The notes: generated from the letters alone by a model not told the origin. A DNA stretch of 64,000 nucleotides from an uncultured virus (IMG/VR IMGVR_UViG_3300025896_000025) (IMGVR_UViG_3300025896_000025); one strand, 5' to 3'; counted from the first letter of the stretch, positions 8,839 to 19,071 are shown. A program made the numbers and translations.

Positions 8839-8959
8839 CTTGATGCACGAACACCCATTCTCCAGCCTGTCAACTGTGATCTTTATGTCACGCCCGGCCC
8901 CAAGCCTTGCCATTGAAACTAGGCCCCAGCTTAACCGCCCTAGGACCTAGCCTCAATCA

Positions 8960-9577
8960 TTAAGCCGCAAGAGCCTCCGCCGCTGCGATCTCAGTCTCGG
9001 CCACGATAGCCTCGCCCATAGCCGCCAGCGTCTCGACATCAGACATCTGCAACAGCACCTGGAAGATAGCCCCACGCTGCTCGGCGCTCCAATTGGGCAG
9101 GGCCAGCATGCACCGATCAAAGAGTGTCTGTTCTACAGACGACAGCGGCACGACCTCGCCCATCTCACCTTCGACCACCGGAACCTCAGTCACAGGACCG
9201 GGCACAACGGCCGGGGCACCTTGCGGCGCAGGCTTCAATGTGTCCTTGAGATCCTTCCAGCTAAGGTCGCCCTTAAGGGCCAGAATCCGCTCGCTTACCT
9301 CCACCATGGCATCATCATGGGAGGTGGTAGCCTTCACGCTATCCTCAATGCGAGGCGCAATCAGCTTGGCGATAGCGAAAGCGACGTCGATCGTGCCCTT
9401 AGGACAGCCTTTCTCTTCCATCCGCTTGCGCAGGATGCTGATAGCCTTGGGAGTAGGGGCGCTCAGTGTGTACGCTGTCGCCTTGCTGACGACGCCCAGC
9501 ATGGCGTTCCCCTGTTGCGTGGCATAAGCCATAAGCTGTTTCTCTAGTGCGACGTGGTTCAAGATACCAACGGTCAT
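8960..9577 (-). CDS. Hypothetical early protein
   Basis: 205-aa ORF. Confidence 0.7.
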   Translation of the reverse strand: MTVGILNHVALEKQLMAYATQQGNAMLGVVSKATAYTLSAPTPKAISILRKRMEEKGCPKGTIDVAFAIAKLIAPRIEDSVKATTSHDDAMVEVSERILALKGDLSWKDLKDTLKPAPQGAPAVVPGPVTEVPVVEGEMGEVVPLSSVEQTLFDRCMLALPNWSAEQRGAIFQVLLQMSDVETLAAMGEAIVAETEIAAAEALAA

Positions 9578-9664
9578 CGGAGTAAACCCTATGGGTTAGC
9601 GAGCGTGGTGATTGGTACGCCCCGACGCTGTGGACTGGCACAGCGTTTCGTCCTTATGGACTCG

Positions 9665-9745
9665 TCAGGGAGCGGATGAACCTTTGAACAAGTAGCATGT
9701 GCCTATGATGATGGCGAACCATGCCAGCAACCCGTATGTGATCAT
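9665..9745 (-). CDS. 26-aa hydrophobic peptide MITYGLLAWFAIIIGTCYLFKGSSAP
   Basis: Hand translation; a hairpin motif sits 4 nt upstream of the ATG. Confidence 0.4.
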   Translation of the reverse strand: MITYGLLAWFAIIIGTCYLFKGSSAP

Positions 9746-9992
9746 GTTTGCTTACCGATAAGTGGGAGGGATGAGGACGCAGCTATAGTGTCGGGAGTGC
9801 GGGGGTAGGTAGCGGGGTAGGTGGTGCGAGTGGTGTGTTCCTCTCTTCTTGATGTTGTGAGTGTAGGGCCGGGATAGAGCGAGGTGTTGGACAATGTAGT
9901 GTGATAAAGATACAACTTGACTTTAAGAAACGTAGAAGCCACCCACGATAATCTAGTGGCAGGAATGCCACACCATCCCTATCATTAGGATT

Positions 9993-10883
9993 TTATACCG
10001 CAGATAAATTTAGGAAATTTGAGTGTTGCATAAATGCCACGAGCTCACTTATGTCAGCAAAATCAATAGGTTGATTATATTTCACCTTCTGAAACACAGG
10101 AAGTTTAGTCATATCATCTAAGACCTTGTCGTTAGTATATAAGGACGTAGTCTTCTTCCAATCCTTCATAAATTTGAAGTAAGACATGCCACGCGGCAAG
10201 TAACCCTCTATTTCCTCCTCACCAATAACGTGGATCTTATTACCTGTCTGACGTTCAAATCGCTCAATCCGTGATGCACTTTCCTTGGTCATCACACCTT
10301 TGCATTCGACATATAGATCTTCCTCGGGAAGATAAAAATCTGGTACATAATCACCTCCTACTAACACAAACCTTTTTGGTTCATACGAAAACGAGACGTG
10401 ATTACGTATTAGATATTGTGCGTATATGACCTCGTAAGACGACTTCATCTTTATCCTCTCAGTGCCCCGAATTACATGCCAATCGTGGTTTACCCGAGTC
10501 CGTGTCGTCTTTTTACCATTACCTCTGTAGAAGGCATCCTTTCCAATCAGTTCCTCTCTGCCGCAGCCGCAACTGAGGCTCCAGCCTTTAAATAGCCTTC
10601 TCTTATCAATGATCAACACTTCCCCGCACTTACACCGGCAAGACCATTTTCTACCTGTAACATGAGCCAGTACAGTAAAGCTACCGTAAACACGTCCTGA
10701 TAGGTCCACACGACAGGAGTCTTTCATCAGACACCCGCAGCTTCTCGTGTTACCAGTTTTTACTGAGTTAGTGAGTTTGACAACTTCCGAGCCACAGTCA
10801 CATCGAAATTTGTAGTGGGTCTTATCTACTCGTTCAATGATAGTCAGTCGTCCATACTTAATATTGGGGTCTAGTTCAATCAT
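9993..10883 (-). CDS. Putative homing endonuclease: two CxCG...SCGC zinc-ribbon repeats plus a PD-(D/E)xK nuclease domain
   Basis: FRCDCG...RSCGC and SCRCKCG...LSCGC, then YEPKRF...YVPDFYLP...YVECKG; AT-rich. Confidence 0.7.
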   Translation of the reverse strand: MIELDPNIKYGRLTIIERVDKTHYKFRCDCGSEVVKLTNSVKTGNTRSCGCLMKDSCRVDLSGRVYGSFTVLAHVTGRKWSCRCKCGEVLIIDKRRLFKGWSLSCGCGREELIGKDAFYRGNGKKTTRTRVNHDWHVIRGTERIKMKSSYEVIYAQYLIRNHVSFSYEPKRFVLVGGDYVPDFYLPEEDLYVECKGVMTKESASRIERFERQTGNKIHVIGEEEIEGYLPRGMSYFKFMKDWKKTTSLYTNDKVLDDMTKLPVFQKVKYNQPIDFADISELVAFMQHSNFLNLSAV

Positions 10884-10980
10884 AGTATCAGTCCATCGAA
10901 ATAAAGGTTGACCTTGGTAGGATACTATGTTAAGTAAACACTATATCTGTAATATCAAGCAAATAATGTAAACCGATGTC

Positions 10981-11006
10981 AAAGAAAAGGCCCCTTGCGG
11001 GGCCTT
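10981..11006 (-). terminator. Rho-independent terminator
   Basis: AAGGCCCC-TTGC-GGGGCCTT hairpin followed by a U-rich tail on the minus strand. Confidence 0.75.
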
Positions 11007-11039
11007 CCATACTCACTTCCACTCCTCTTCTCGTGGGTT

Positions 11040-11420
11040 CTAAGCACTCCGAAGACGATCGCGTGTCTGTCTAATAAGACCCGTCACGTGATCAATCTTA
11101 GTGAGAATGTGAATTTTACTATCCTCCAGGTCTGCAAGCTGATCAGCTAGTCGACTAAGGTACTCTTCATTTTCGAAGAGGTCTTCCAGCATCTTGTCCA
11201 ACTCTTCATCGGTCATCTTGGTCCCCTTCACCCTATTCTCTGTATCCTCTACCAAAGCTCTCCACATACCAGATTGCATATCATAATCATTCGGCGAACA
11301 GAATTTGAAGTGTATCCTAACTAAATACTGAAGTGGGTTCGATAGCCTCACTTCAATATCCCACTTATACCCACCAAGCAACTTGCAAACAGCCTCTGCC
11401 TCCTTGTTATAGTCCCTCAT
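11040..11420 (-). CDS. Hypothetical protein
   Basis: ORF track; ATG 11420 is coupled to the upstream stop. Confidence 0.6.
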   Translation of the reverse strand: MRDYNKEAEAVCKLLGGYKWDIEVRLSNPLQYLVRIHFKFCSPNDYDMQSGMWRALVEDTENRVKGTKMTDEELDKMLEDLFENEEYLSRLADQLADLEDSKIHILTKIDHVTGLIRQTRDRLRSA

Positions 11421-11581
11421 GATCCCAACACCACCATCTTGGGGCAGCCTTTGGTCTCGCAAGCCCAGGGCCTGTTCATATCGAAGCCACATACCTTACA
11501 CTCCTTCAACTTCTTCACCTTCAGCATCCCCTCCAACACGGCGAGACGGCGCTCAACTTCAACAAGACGGTCATTTTCCAT
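11417..11581 (-). CDS. 54-aa small Cys-motif protein
   Basis: Hand translation MENDRLVEVERRL...CKVCG...CETKGC; fills the gap exactly. Confidence 0.55.
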   Translation of the reverse strand: MENDRLVEVERRLAVLEGMLKVKKLKECKVCGFDMNRPWACETKGCPKMVVLGS

Positions 11582-11582
11582 C

Positions 11583-11867
11583 TCAATTCACCTTATGTCT
11601 AAAGATTCTCATTTCACGAGCCATGCTATCCTCAGCGAGCTCGCCCACCGCGTGCTGGAAGCCTACTACGGCACCAAGGCCGCTCCCACAATCGAGAATA
11701 GCCTGATCGAACGCATGGTCCAGAAACGCGGTCACCAGGAACTCCGATGGGACCTCATACTTCCTCTCTAGGTAAGCCCAAATTTGGACGAGCTCCCCGT
11801 CAATCTGGGACATCACCTCAACGTATTCACTATCTATTTCGGGTTCATCGAGCATCAGAATGTCCAA
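11583..11867 (-). CDS. Hypothetical protein
   Basis: ORF track. Confidence 0.6.
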   Translation of the reverse strand: MDILMLDEPEIDSEYVEVMSQIDGELVQIWAYLERKYEVPSEFLVTAFLDHAFDQAILDCGSGLGAVVGFQHAVGELAEDSMAREMRIFRHKVN

Positions 11868-12157
11868 TCGTCACCTAGTGACTCATATTGTTTCAATCGT
11901 GACTCCAACTCTCTTACCCTTGCCTTCAGACTTTTGATGCTGTGGTTCTTCCGCAAAATGGCTTTGTTCAGATTGGTGATTTCCTTACGATGAGTCTCGC
12001 TTATACTCTTATGATACTCTCCATGTCGGAGGCAGGCTTCCAAGTTTGGGTATACGGACGACTTATGTATGGTCGTCCTTCCGTGTGAGTGCAGAGCTTC
12101 CATACACGGACAAAGAGCATGTCCTGGGCTAGGTCCAACGCAATTACAGATAGTCAT
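11855..12157 (-). CDS. Hypothetical protein (Cys motif plus coiled coil)
   Basis: ORF track. Confidence 0.55.
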   Translation of the reverse strand: MTICNCVGPSPGHALCPCMEALHSHGRTTIHKSSVYPNLEACLRHGEYHKSISETHRKEITNLNKAILRKNHSIKSLKARVRELESRLKQYESLGDDWTF

Positions 12158-14619
12158 GCCACAATCCTCAATCCCTCATATTCCACACCAGTCTCGTTAA
12201 TCAGAACCTTGAACCCGATCTCGGGAGCGAGCTCCCTCAACTTGAAATCGAACATCTTCAAATTAATCGGGGTCTTATGCGCGGTCATCAAGCAAAACGT
12301 CATGTACTCCTTGTAGAGGTCACCAGAAGAGACAGCCTTCATCGGCTTGCCCACCTCGTGGATCCCCTTGTTGATCTTGATCTTCTCGCTGCACGTAATG
12401 AAATGCCGCACCGAGTTGGACCTATTGGCAATCTCGCCAATCAGATCGAAATGCGAGTGTGGACAGTCGAAATCGTTACGCTCAGAGATCGTTTTGATAG
12501 CCGGGATAGCCCAGGCTGCGATGGCCTCCCTCTCTGCGGCCAACACCTTGGTAGCAAAGTGAAGGATCTTCTTCTCTGGCGGGATCTTCTTGTCGAACTT
12601 GAAGATGAGCCACCGCCTCAAGAACCCACCCGAGCTATCCTTCGACTGCGGCAGGTGATTGGTAGCGAACCAATGTGTGGCAATCGGACGGAACTCGAAG
12701 ATAGGTGTTCCCTTATGCTGACCTTGAATAACGCCACCCTCCACGATGATCTTGAACATCTCACCGTTAATATAGGCAGTCTCACTCAGATCGTTACCAA
12801 CATTCAGTAGTTTACCCACCATATTCGCCGGCTTGAACTTATCATTCCAATCGCTTGGTGGAATGTGTGACGAGCAACCCTCCGGCATCAGACCTGCAAT
12901 GATATCCAACATGGTGGATTTCCCACCATGAGCGGCGTTATAGAGCACGATCGCCCTACTATACTTCGGACCCTGACCGAACAGCGTGATGGCGATAGCC
13001 TCCCTCAGAGCCTGCTTCTTCTGCTCGAAGTCGGTATCATCACCCCAGATATCCCGAAGGAAGCCCATGAACATGGGGCAGTTGGCCTCATCGGCCAACT
13101 CGGGACGGTATGGGTATGTCAGGCGGTAGGTGCAGCCATACTCCTTCTTGTGGGGTTTCAGCACCATCTGATCGGTGAGATATCCGTTGGCAAAGTTGAT
13201 CCCGGCTTCGCTGTCACTCCGAAGGCTGCCCTCGTTGCAGATCGTCTGCAGAACCTGGAGAATGCCCCGGTGATCGGAATTCCGTACCGAGGACTCGAAA
13301 TGACCGAACTCCTGGGCGATCAGCTTCTTCAGTCGCCACTCCTCATAGATCTCCCAGTGAGAGCCCTCCCAATGGTAGAACTGGCCACCGTGCCACTGCA
13401 GCGGGGCATTCATTCCGAGCTCCATATACTCCCGCACCGATCGGGCAACCTCGGAGTGGTTGTTCCCCTTGAAGTCCGCCCCTTCGGTCATGCTCATATA
13501 CATGCGACGCAGGACGGCAGCGGTAACCCGGATACGACTATTGGCGGCGATCCAGCCCATAAGGGCCTCTCGCTCGACCTGTGTCATGGACTCCGAGCGA
13601 GCCATGAACTCCAGCGATTGCGAGATTGCCTCCATCCTTGCAGGGTCGTTCTCCGCATTGACCGTGAAGTTATGATACAACCACTTCTGCAAGCGGTCGA
13701 AGGTCCAATCCTCATCAGTCTCAGTGAAGTTCAAACCGAGCTCGAACTTGTCCTGCTCAGTCAGACCCGCATCCCAACCGGGCTTCAGCGGGCGCTTGGT
13801 CTTATCATTGACATCACGGGTAAGGAACTGGACGATCCGCAGCTTTCCCTTCTCAGGGTCAATCGGATCGGTCTTGTTCTCCTCACAATACTCCGCACAC
13901 CAATGGTCCATAAACCCAAGGGCTTCCTTCAACGTGAAGTGCCCCCTCTGGATCCCTACGGCATAGAGCCCAGCCTCCTGAATCATCCGATTGTCCCTGG
14001 TACCCTTAGGGACAAACTCAATGATGGAGGAGAAGCCTGAGTTGGACAGACGAAGCCCACCCTGCTCAATAAGAGCAGTACGGAAGATGTCCTCGATGTT
14101 GGGGGGCAGGTTGGTCAGCTCACCCAGGCACTCGTAGAGGAGCCTATCAGACGTGTAGGGCATGCCTGTCTCGGGATGCACCGAAGGGGGCAGGACAACC
14201 TGTCGACCCTGGCTCAGGAGCTCCACGATGACCTGACCGCCCTCTCCCTTGATCTGGAAGGTCTTCTCCCCCTGATAGCGGAAGGCATAGACGGCACCCT
14301 TCCGCCCAATCCTCTGCCAGGGTGAGCGAGGCAGGCAGCCTTCGATGATCTGCTGCAGATGCGGGTCCATCGTGTCGATGTCGACAATGACGATGTTGGA
14401 CTGAGGACCGCAAGGAAGACCAATGTTGTACGCGCGCTTGTCGTACAACCAATCCTGCTGGGTCTCTCGATCCGGCATCTCGACACACCAGCGGGACCAC
14501 GAATTATGGATCGGGCGCTTACCTAGATTCTTGTCACCCTCCATCGGGCGTGTGAGCGGAATGACGGGAAGACCAACGGCCCAATAGGAAGGAGCGTAAT
14601 TCTTAAAAGGGGTACTCAA
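12154..14619 (-). CDS. Primase-polymerase fused to a D5-like SF3 helicase
   Basis: NIGLPCG...VDID...QVVLPPSVHPETG (bifunctional prim-pol); INFANG (D5_N-like); Walker A GGKST; FATNHLP; RRWLIF. Confidence 0.9.
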   Translation of the reverse strand: MSTPFKNYAPSYWAVGLPVIPLTRPMEGDKNLGKRPIHNSWSRWCVEMPDRETQQDWLYDKRAYNIGLPCGPQSNIVIVDIDTMDPHLQQIIEGCLPRSPWQRIGRKGAVYAFRYQGEKTFQIKGEGGQVIVELLSQGRQVVLPPSVHPETGMPYTSDRLLYECLGELTNLPPNIEDIFRTALIEQGGLRLSNSGFSSIIEFVPKGTRDNRMIQEAGLYAVGIQRGHFTLKEALGFMDHWCAEYCEENKTDPIDPEKGKLRIVQFLTRDVNDKTKRPLKPGWDAGLTEQDKFELGLNFTETDEDWTFDRLQKWLYHNFTVNAENDPARMEAISQSLEFMARSESMTQVEREALMGWIAANSRIRVTAAVLRRMYMSMTEGADFKGNNHSEVARSVREYMELGMNAPLQWHGGQFYHWEGSHWEIYEEWRLKKLIAQEFGHFESSVRNSDHRGILQVLQTICNEGSLRSDSEAGINFANGYLTDQMVLKPHKKEYGCTYRLTYPYRPELADEANCPMFMGFLRDIWGDDTDFEQKKQALREAIAITLFGQGPKYSRAIVLYNAAHGGKSTMLDIIAGLMPEGCSSHIPPSDWNDKFKPANMVGKLLNVGNDLSETAYINGEMFKIIVEGGVIQGQHKGTPIFEFRPIATHWFATNHLPQSKDSSGGFLRRWLIFKFDKKIPPEKKILHFATKVLAAEREAIAAWAIPAIKTISERNDFDCPHSHFDLIGEIANRSNSVRHFITCSEKIKINKGIHEVGKPMKAVSSGDLYKEYMTFCLMTAHKTPINLKMFDFKLRELAPEIGFKVLINETGVEYEGLRIVA

Positions 14620-14930
14620 GAGAGGGGGACTCCGAGGTCTGTCAGCTCTGTCTCAATATCCTTGAGACATATATTAAGGAACTTAACATAGGCATTCGTC
14701 GTAAGGCGGATTACGGGGACTGACGCATGGGGAAACATCTCGTCGTTTCTAACTGTAACGCAATAGGTATCATCATCCTTGGCATCTGAGATATAGTCCT
14801 TAAGCCTCTTACGTTTTGTCAGGAGTTCAGCAGCCCGTGTGATCCTCTCGTGCTCTGGATTAGGTTCCGGCAAACGGACCTCAATCGCTGGCTTCACCGT
14901 CTCCTCCTTCTTCCACCAATCAAACATCAC
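14616..14930 (-). CDS. Hypothetical protein
   Basis: ORF track. Confidence 0.6.
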   Translation of the reverse strand: MMFDWWKKEETVKPAIEVRLPEPNPEHERITRAAELLTKRKRLKDYISDAKDDDTYCVTVRNDEMFPHASVPVIRLTTNAYVKFLNICLKDIETELTDLGVPLS

Positions 14931-15223
14931 AGAACCTCCACTTCGTAATCACACATTGAATGATGATCACTCCAAAAGACGCCGTCTTCATCATAACCAT
15001 CTTCACCCAAATTCTCAGGACGGTACCGAAGATTGGTCTGCTTCACTTGGACAACAACCTTTCCGTCCTCATCACCCTCAGCGACGTAGACATCTTCGAT
15101 CCAATCCGACCACTCACCATCCTCGCAAGCAAACCCAACGGCATCAACTAGACACATGCGGGCTTCTTCGAAGTTATCGACGTAGAAGGATCCGATCCCA
15201 TCATACACATAATACCTAGTCAT
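14927..15223 (-). CDS. Acidic hypothetical protein
   Basis: ORF track; ATGA coupling. Confidence 0.6.
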   Translation of the reverse strand: MTRYYVYDGIGSFYVDNFEEARMCLVDAVGFACEDGEWSDWIEDVYVAEGDEDGKVVVQVKQTNLRYRPENLGEDGYDEDGVFWSDHHSMCDYEVEVL

Positions 15224-15711
15224 GCCGCCTCCAGCACCATAAGAGCCCGCAACTTGGTCATAACTTCAGTCCTTTGATCAGGCGTCAGTGTATTTTCCAT
15301 CACTTCAAGCACACCACGGCGAAAATCAGCAAGTTGACGCATCCATTTCGACCGATCACCTACCTCTGTAAGCTTATCTAGTAGCGTGGCCATCGTTTTG
15401 ATAGTCTGGAGCTGTTCCGTAGTGTCTTCAGCGTCGAAATTGTTCCTCAATTCCTGTAATTCACCGTAGAGAGCCATTCTTTCTCGATCTACAGCGGTCC
15501 ATTTGTCCGTGTAATGCCCTAGATAAGGCTCCTCGGACACACCATCTTCTGTTGTGGAGGGATTCTTCAATACCCTCAACAACTCGGCCTGCATTTCGGG
15601 GCTGTAAGGGCAATTCTTCCCGAGGTAGTCGGGATATTCTCGAATTGAGTTCAGCACGACCATGAGCGTCGGCAGGTGATCTTCCTCGGGATAGTAGTAA
15701 GCGTCTGCCAC
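15220..15711 (-). CDS. Hypothetical helical protein, divergent from the terminase
   Basis: GTG start with GAGGAG RBS. Confidence 0.65.
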   Translation of the reverse strand: MADAYYYPEEDHLPTLMVVLNSIREYPDYLGKNCPYSPEMQAELLRVLKNPSTTEDGVSEEPYLGHYTDKWTAVDRERMALYGELQELRNNFDAEDTTEQLQTIKTMATLLDKLTEVGDRSKWMRQLADFRRGVLEVMENTLTPDQRTEVMTKLRALMVLEAA

Positions 15712-15781
15712 TCAATGCTCCTCGTTGCTGGGCTTTACACCTGTGGGCTGCCAGCGGATTTTAAAGGGACCAATCTTATTC

Positions 15782-17527
15782 ATGACCAGTTCAGGAAACG
15801 ATCTTCTTCGAGATTTGGTGGCTCAGATGGAGGCCCGGTACCTCGACGACCACTCCCACCTCTCGATGAGCGACTGGGTGATCGAGAACACAACTCTCAA
15901 AGGTCGTCCATTCTCCTTCAAGGGATACGAATTCCAGAAACAGATTGTGGATGATTTACACCCGGACCTTGTGGTAATTAAATGTTCCCAGGTGGGTCTA
16001 ACTGAGACCCAAATTCGTAAGATCCTAGGGTATCTTAAACGCACCACGGCTATCAAAGCTTTGATTTCGTTTCCTACCGAGGAAATGTTTAAGCGTGTAA
16101 GTCAAGTTCGTATCAAGCCTATTGTAGATGGTGATCGTTGCTTCAATCTTGAAGACGACGACAAGTCAATTCGTTCAATGGCGCTCATTCAGATCGGTAA
16201 ATCGTATCTGTATGTGACTGGTTGTACGGAAAAGGACGCGACGTCGCTCGACCTCGACGCTCTGTTCCATGACGAGCTCGATCTCTCAGACCCAAAGATG
16301 ATTGGTTTGTTCCAGTCGCGCCTACAGAACTCTGACTTGAAAATGACGCAGGCATTCTCTACTCCAACGTTCACAGGAATGGGAATTGATCGAGAGTATA
16401 CCAACTCGGATCAACATGAATATTACTGTAAATGTGAGGCTTGCAACGAATGGCAGGTCCCTGAGTTCAATCATAAGTTTGTTCATATTGAGGGCCTCCC
16501 TGGTGATATGACCGATCTCTCCTTGATCGATCATGAGTTAGCAGCAAGCTTAGATTTACTAAACGCATATGTGAAATGTCACAAGTGTGGGGCACGTCTT
16601 GATCTTGCCAACCCGGACCTGCGTGAGTGGGTCGCTGCCTACCCCTCTAGAGTTCTGAAACGTGGCTACCGGGTCCGTCCGTTCTCAACCTCCCGACTGC
16701 CGATCTCTTACATTGTCGGTAGATTACTCAAGGCCAAGGACCAGGATTATCTTAAGGGCTGGGCCAACACGGTGTTGGGGGAGTCGTATGCTGACTCTAA
16801 CATCAGACTTACGGAGGAGGACATTTTGGCATGTATGGGCCTCCCATCTATTCCTGAAGTCAGTTCAGATATACCCGTGTTCGTCGGAATCGACGTTGGT
16901 AATACCTGCCACGTGGTACTTGGCACTCACGATCAAAGAATCTTCCTGATGGAAACGGTCCAGAACCGGGAGCTTGAAGATTATGTCAAAGCGTTAATGG
17001 GTCGATATAATATCGTTGGGGGAGCGATAGATATCCAACCAGAGATGACATTGTCATTCTCGATTAGAGACATAACCCGTGGTAAGGTAATGCCCATTAT
17101 GTACCGCGGAACATTACCAGTCAAATTTGAGAAGGATGAGTACGATAACGTAACACACGCTATGTGTCACCGAACGTTGGCACTCGATCAGGTTGCAAAG
17201 GCCGTTAGACGTCGAACCCTCAGCTTGAATGGCTACCGCGAGCAGAAACAGGCCGTTATATCCCATCTTCGTGACATGGTACGAGACGAACAGCCTGATA
17301 AACCGGCAGTATGGGTAAAACTAACCGGGGCAGATCATTGGTTCCACTCTCTGAACTACTATCTGCTGGGCATTCGTTTGAGGGGTGCCTACGACGAGAT
17401 GTTCAACGACGAGATCAGAACGATGATCGCTGCAGTGAACGTCGACGTGAAGCCAGTAAACCAATCATTATACGGCAGACCTAGTATTGCACGGCCGATG
17501 TACAGTAACCATATGGGATTTAGATAA
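15782..17527 (+). CDS. Terminase large subunit, lambda GpA-like
   Basis: KCSQVGLTE Walker A variant, FHDELD Walker B, STPT motif, CxxC pairs, VGIDVG nuclease motif, DHWFH. Confidence 0.9.
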   Translation: MTSSGNDLLRDLVAQMEARYLDDHSHLSMSDWVIENTTLKGRPFSFKGYEFQKQIVDDLHPDLVVIKCSQVGLTETQIRKILGYLKRTTAIKALISFPTEEMFKRVSQVRIKPIVDGDRCFNLEDDDKSIRSMALIQIGKSYLYVTGCTEKDATSLDLDALFHDELDLSDPKMIGLFQSRLQNSDLKMTQAFSTPTFTGMGIDREYTNSDQHEYYCKCEACNEWQVPEFNHKFVHIEGLPGDMTDLSLIDHELAASLDLLNAYVKCHKCGARLDLANPDLREWVAAYPSRVLKRGYRVRPFSTSRLPISYIVGRLLKAKDQDYLKGWANTVLGESYADSNIRLTEEDILACMGLPSIPEVSSDIPVFVGIDVGNTCHVVLGTHDQRIFLMETVQNRELEDYVKALMGRYNIVGGAIDIQPEMTLSFSIRDITRGKVMPIMYRGTLPVKFEKDEYDNVTHAMCHRTLALDQVAKAVRRRTLSLNGYREQKQAVISHLRDMVRDEQPDKPAVWVKLTGADHWFHSLNYYLLGIRLRGAYDEMFNDEIRTMIAAVNVDVKPVNQSLYGRPSIARPMYSNHMGFR

Positions 17528-17540
17528 CCCGGATTTATTG

Positions 17541-19028
17541 ATGGCCCTTTCGTTTGACTCGGTTTTAAACTTCATTGCGCCCAAGGGGAAAACAAAAGCT
17601 GGTGGGGCGGGGGTTACCCCAACCTTTGATCCAACCAGCGCGACTGGTGTACTGACTCTCCCGAATTTCCAGACCCATCTAACCGACGTCTACGCCACCA
17701 GACTGGCTAACGACACTCGGGCTCTGATCGAATACTTCTTCCAATATGATCCCGATCTTTCCGCCGCAGTAAGTGCCTATCTGACGCTGGCCAATACCGA
17801 GCCTATGATCGTGGCTCGTGACGTTGATGGAGTGATTGATCGCGACGCCACCAAGAGCGTCTACCAGTTGATCAAGCTCCTCGGCACCCGAGTGGATATG
17901 ACCCTGGGGTTCCAGTGGAAGCCAGACCTGAAGGCGATCTGTGCCGACCTCCGCACCATGCTCCTCCTCCGTGGCTCGATCATGGCAGAAGCGGTTCTAG
18001 ACAAGACTGGCATCCCGAGCGAGATCCGTCTAATCGATCCGATCACCATCGAATGGCGGGAGCAGGGGCAGGCGGGTAACTACAAGCCCTGGCAGGACCA
18101 GAAGGGTAAGAACGACAAGGTCGCTCTGGACAGCCCCGCAATCTTCTATTCGACGTACCGTCGTAATGTCACGACGATGTACACCCAGTCTCCCTTCGTG
18201 AGCTGCCTCAACATTGTGGCTGCCCGTCAGAACGTGATTCAAACCCTCTACCGGATCATGAATGTGACCGGTGTGCCTCGCCTTGAGCTTAAGGTCCTTG
18301 AAGAGGTGATGGCCAAGGCGGTCCCTGAGAGCATCAAGCAGGATCCGAACAAGATCCGCGAGTGGATGAACTCCAGACTCCAGGAGCTCGCTTCCAGCTT
18401 CTCGACCCTGCGCCCTGATCAGGTATTCGTTCACTGGGATAGTGTCGAGGCCGGCACGCTCAACAGTGAGAACCCTGGTCTGGCCATCGATATCACCTCG
18501 GTTATCGACACGCTGAACGCCCAGTGTCAGGCAGCTATGAAGACCATGGCCACCATCCTGGGTCGTGGTACCTCTGGTGTCAACACCGCCAGCGTTGAAG
18601 CTCGTATCGCCGCCATGAATGCGGACGAGATCAACGACCCGATCGAGGAGATGTTGGGCAACATCTTCACCTTCTACATGGTGATGTCGGGCTTCCAGGG
18701 CACCGTCGAGTTCAAGTTCCGGCCGGTTGAGATGCGCCAGGAGTTGGAGCTCGAACCGCAGTTGATTATGCGCCAGTCGAGACTCCAGACCGAGCTCAGC
18801 CTGGGCACGATCGATGATGACACCTACCATCTCCTGATGTTCGGACACATCCGTCCTGATGATGCCCCTGAGCTTTCAGGCACCGGTTTCATGGCTCCTC
18901 AGACAGCGGGTGTCGACACAAGCTCTGTGAGCCCGAACTCTGACCCCCTTGGTAGATCTCTGACTGCCCCTGATTCCAAATCCGCCAAGAGCAAGACGGT
19001 CAAGAAGCCAAAACCTAAAGCAAAATAA
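17541..19028 (+). CDS. Portal protein
   Basis: 495 aa directly after TerL; position and size. Confidence 0.75.
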   Translation: MALSFDSVLNFIAPKGKTKAGGAGVTPTFDPTSATGVLTLPNFQTHLTDVYATRLANDTRALIEYFFQYDPDLSAAVSAYLTLANTEPMIVARDVDGVIDRDATKSVYQLIKLLGTRVDMTLGFQWKPDLKAICADLRTMLLLRGSIMAEAVLDKTGIPSEIRLIDPITIEWREQGQAGNYKPWQDQKGKNDKVALDSPAIFYSTYRRNVTTMYTQSPFVSCLNIVAARQNVIQTLYRIMNVTGVPRLELKVLEEVMAKAVPESIKQDPNKIREWMNSRLQELASSFSTLRPDQVFVHWDSVEAGTLNSENPGLAIDITSVIDTLNAQCQAAMKTMATILGRGTSGVNTASVEARIAAMNADEINDPIEEMLGNIFTFYMVMSGFQGTVEFKFRPVEMRQELELEPQLIMRQSRLQTELSLGTIDDDTYHLLMFGHIRPDDAPELSGTGFMAPQTAGVDTSSVSPNSDPLGRSLTAPDSKSAKSKTVKKPKPKAK

Positions 19029-19071
19029 TGCGGTTGCCTAATATACCGTACACCACCATCTAGGAGTTGTA

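Noticed and set aside
12277..14040. Long plus-strand ORFs (177 and 370 aa)
   Set aside because: Antisense to the primase-helicase with no motifs; similar shadows occur opposite the portal, TMP and J genes.
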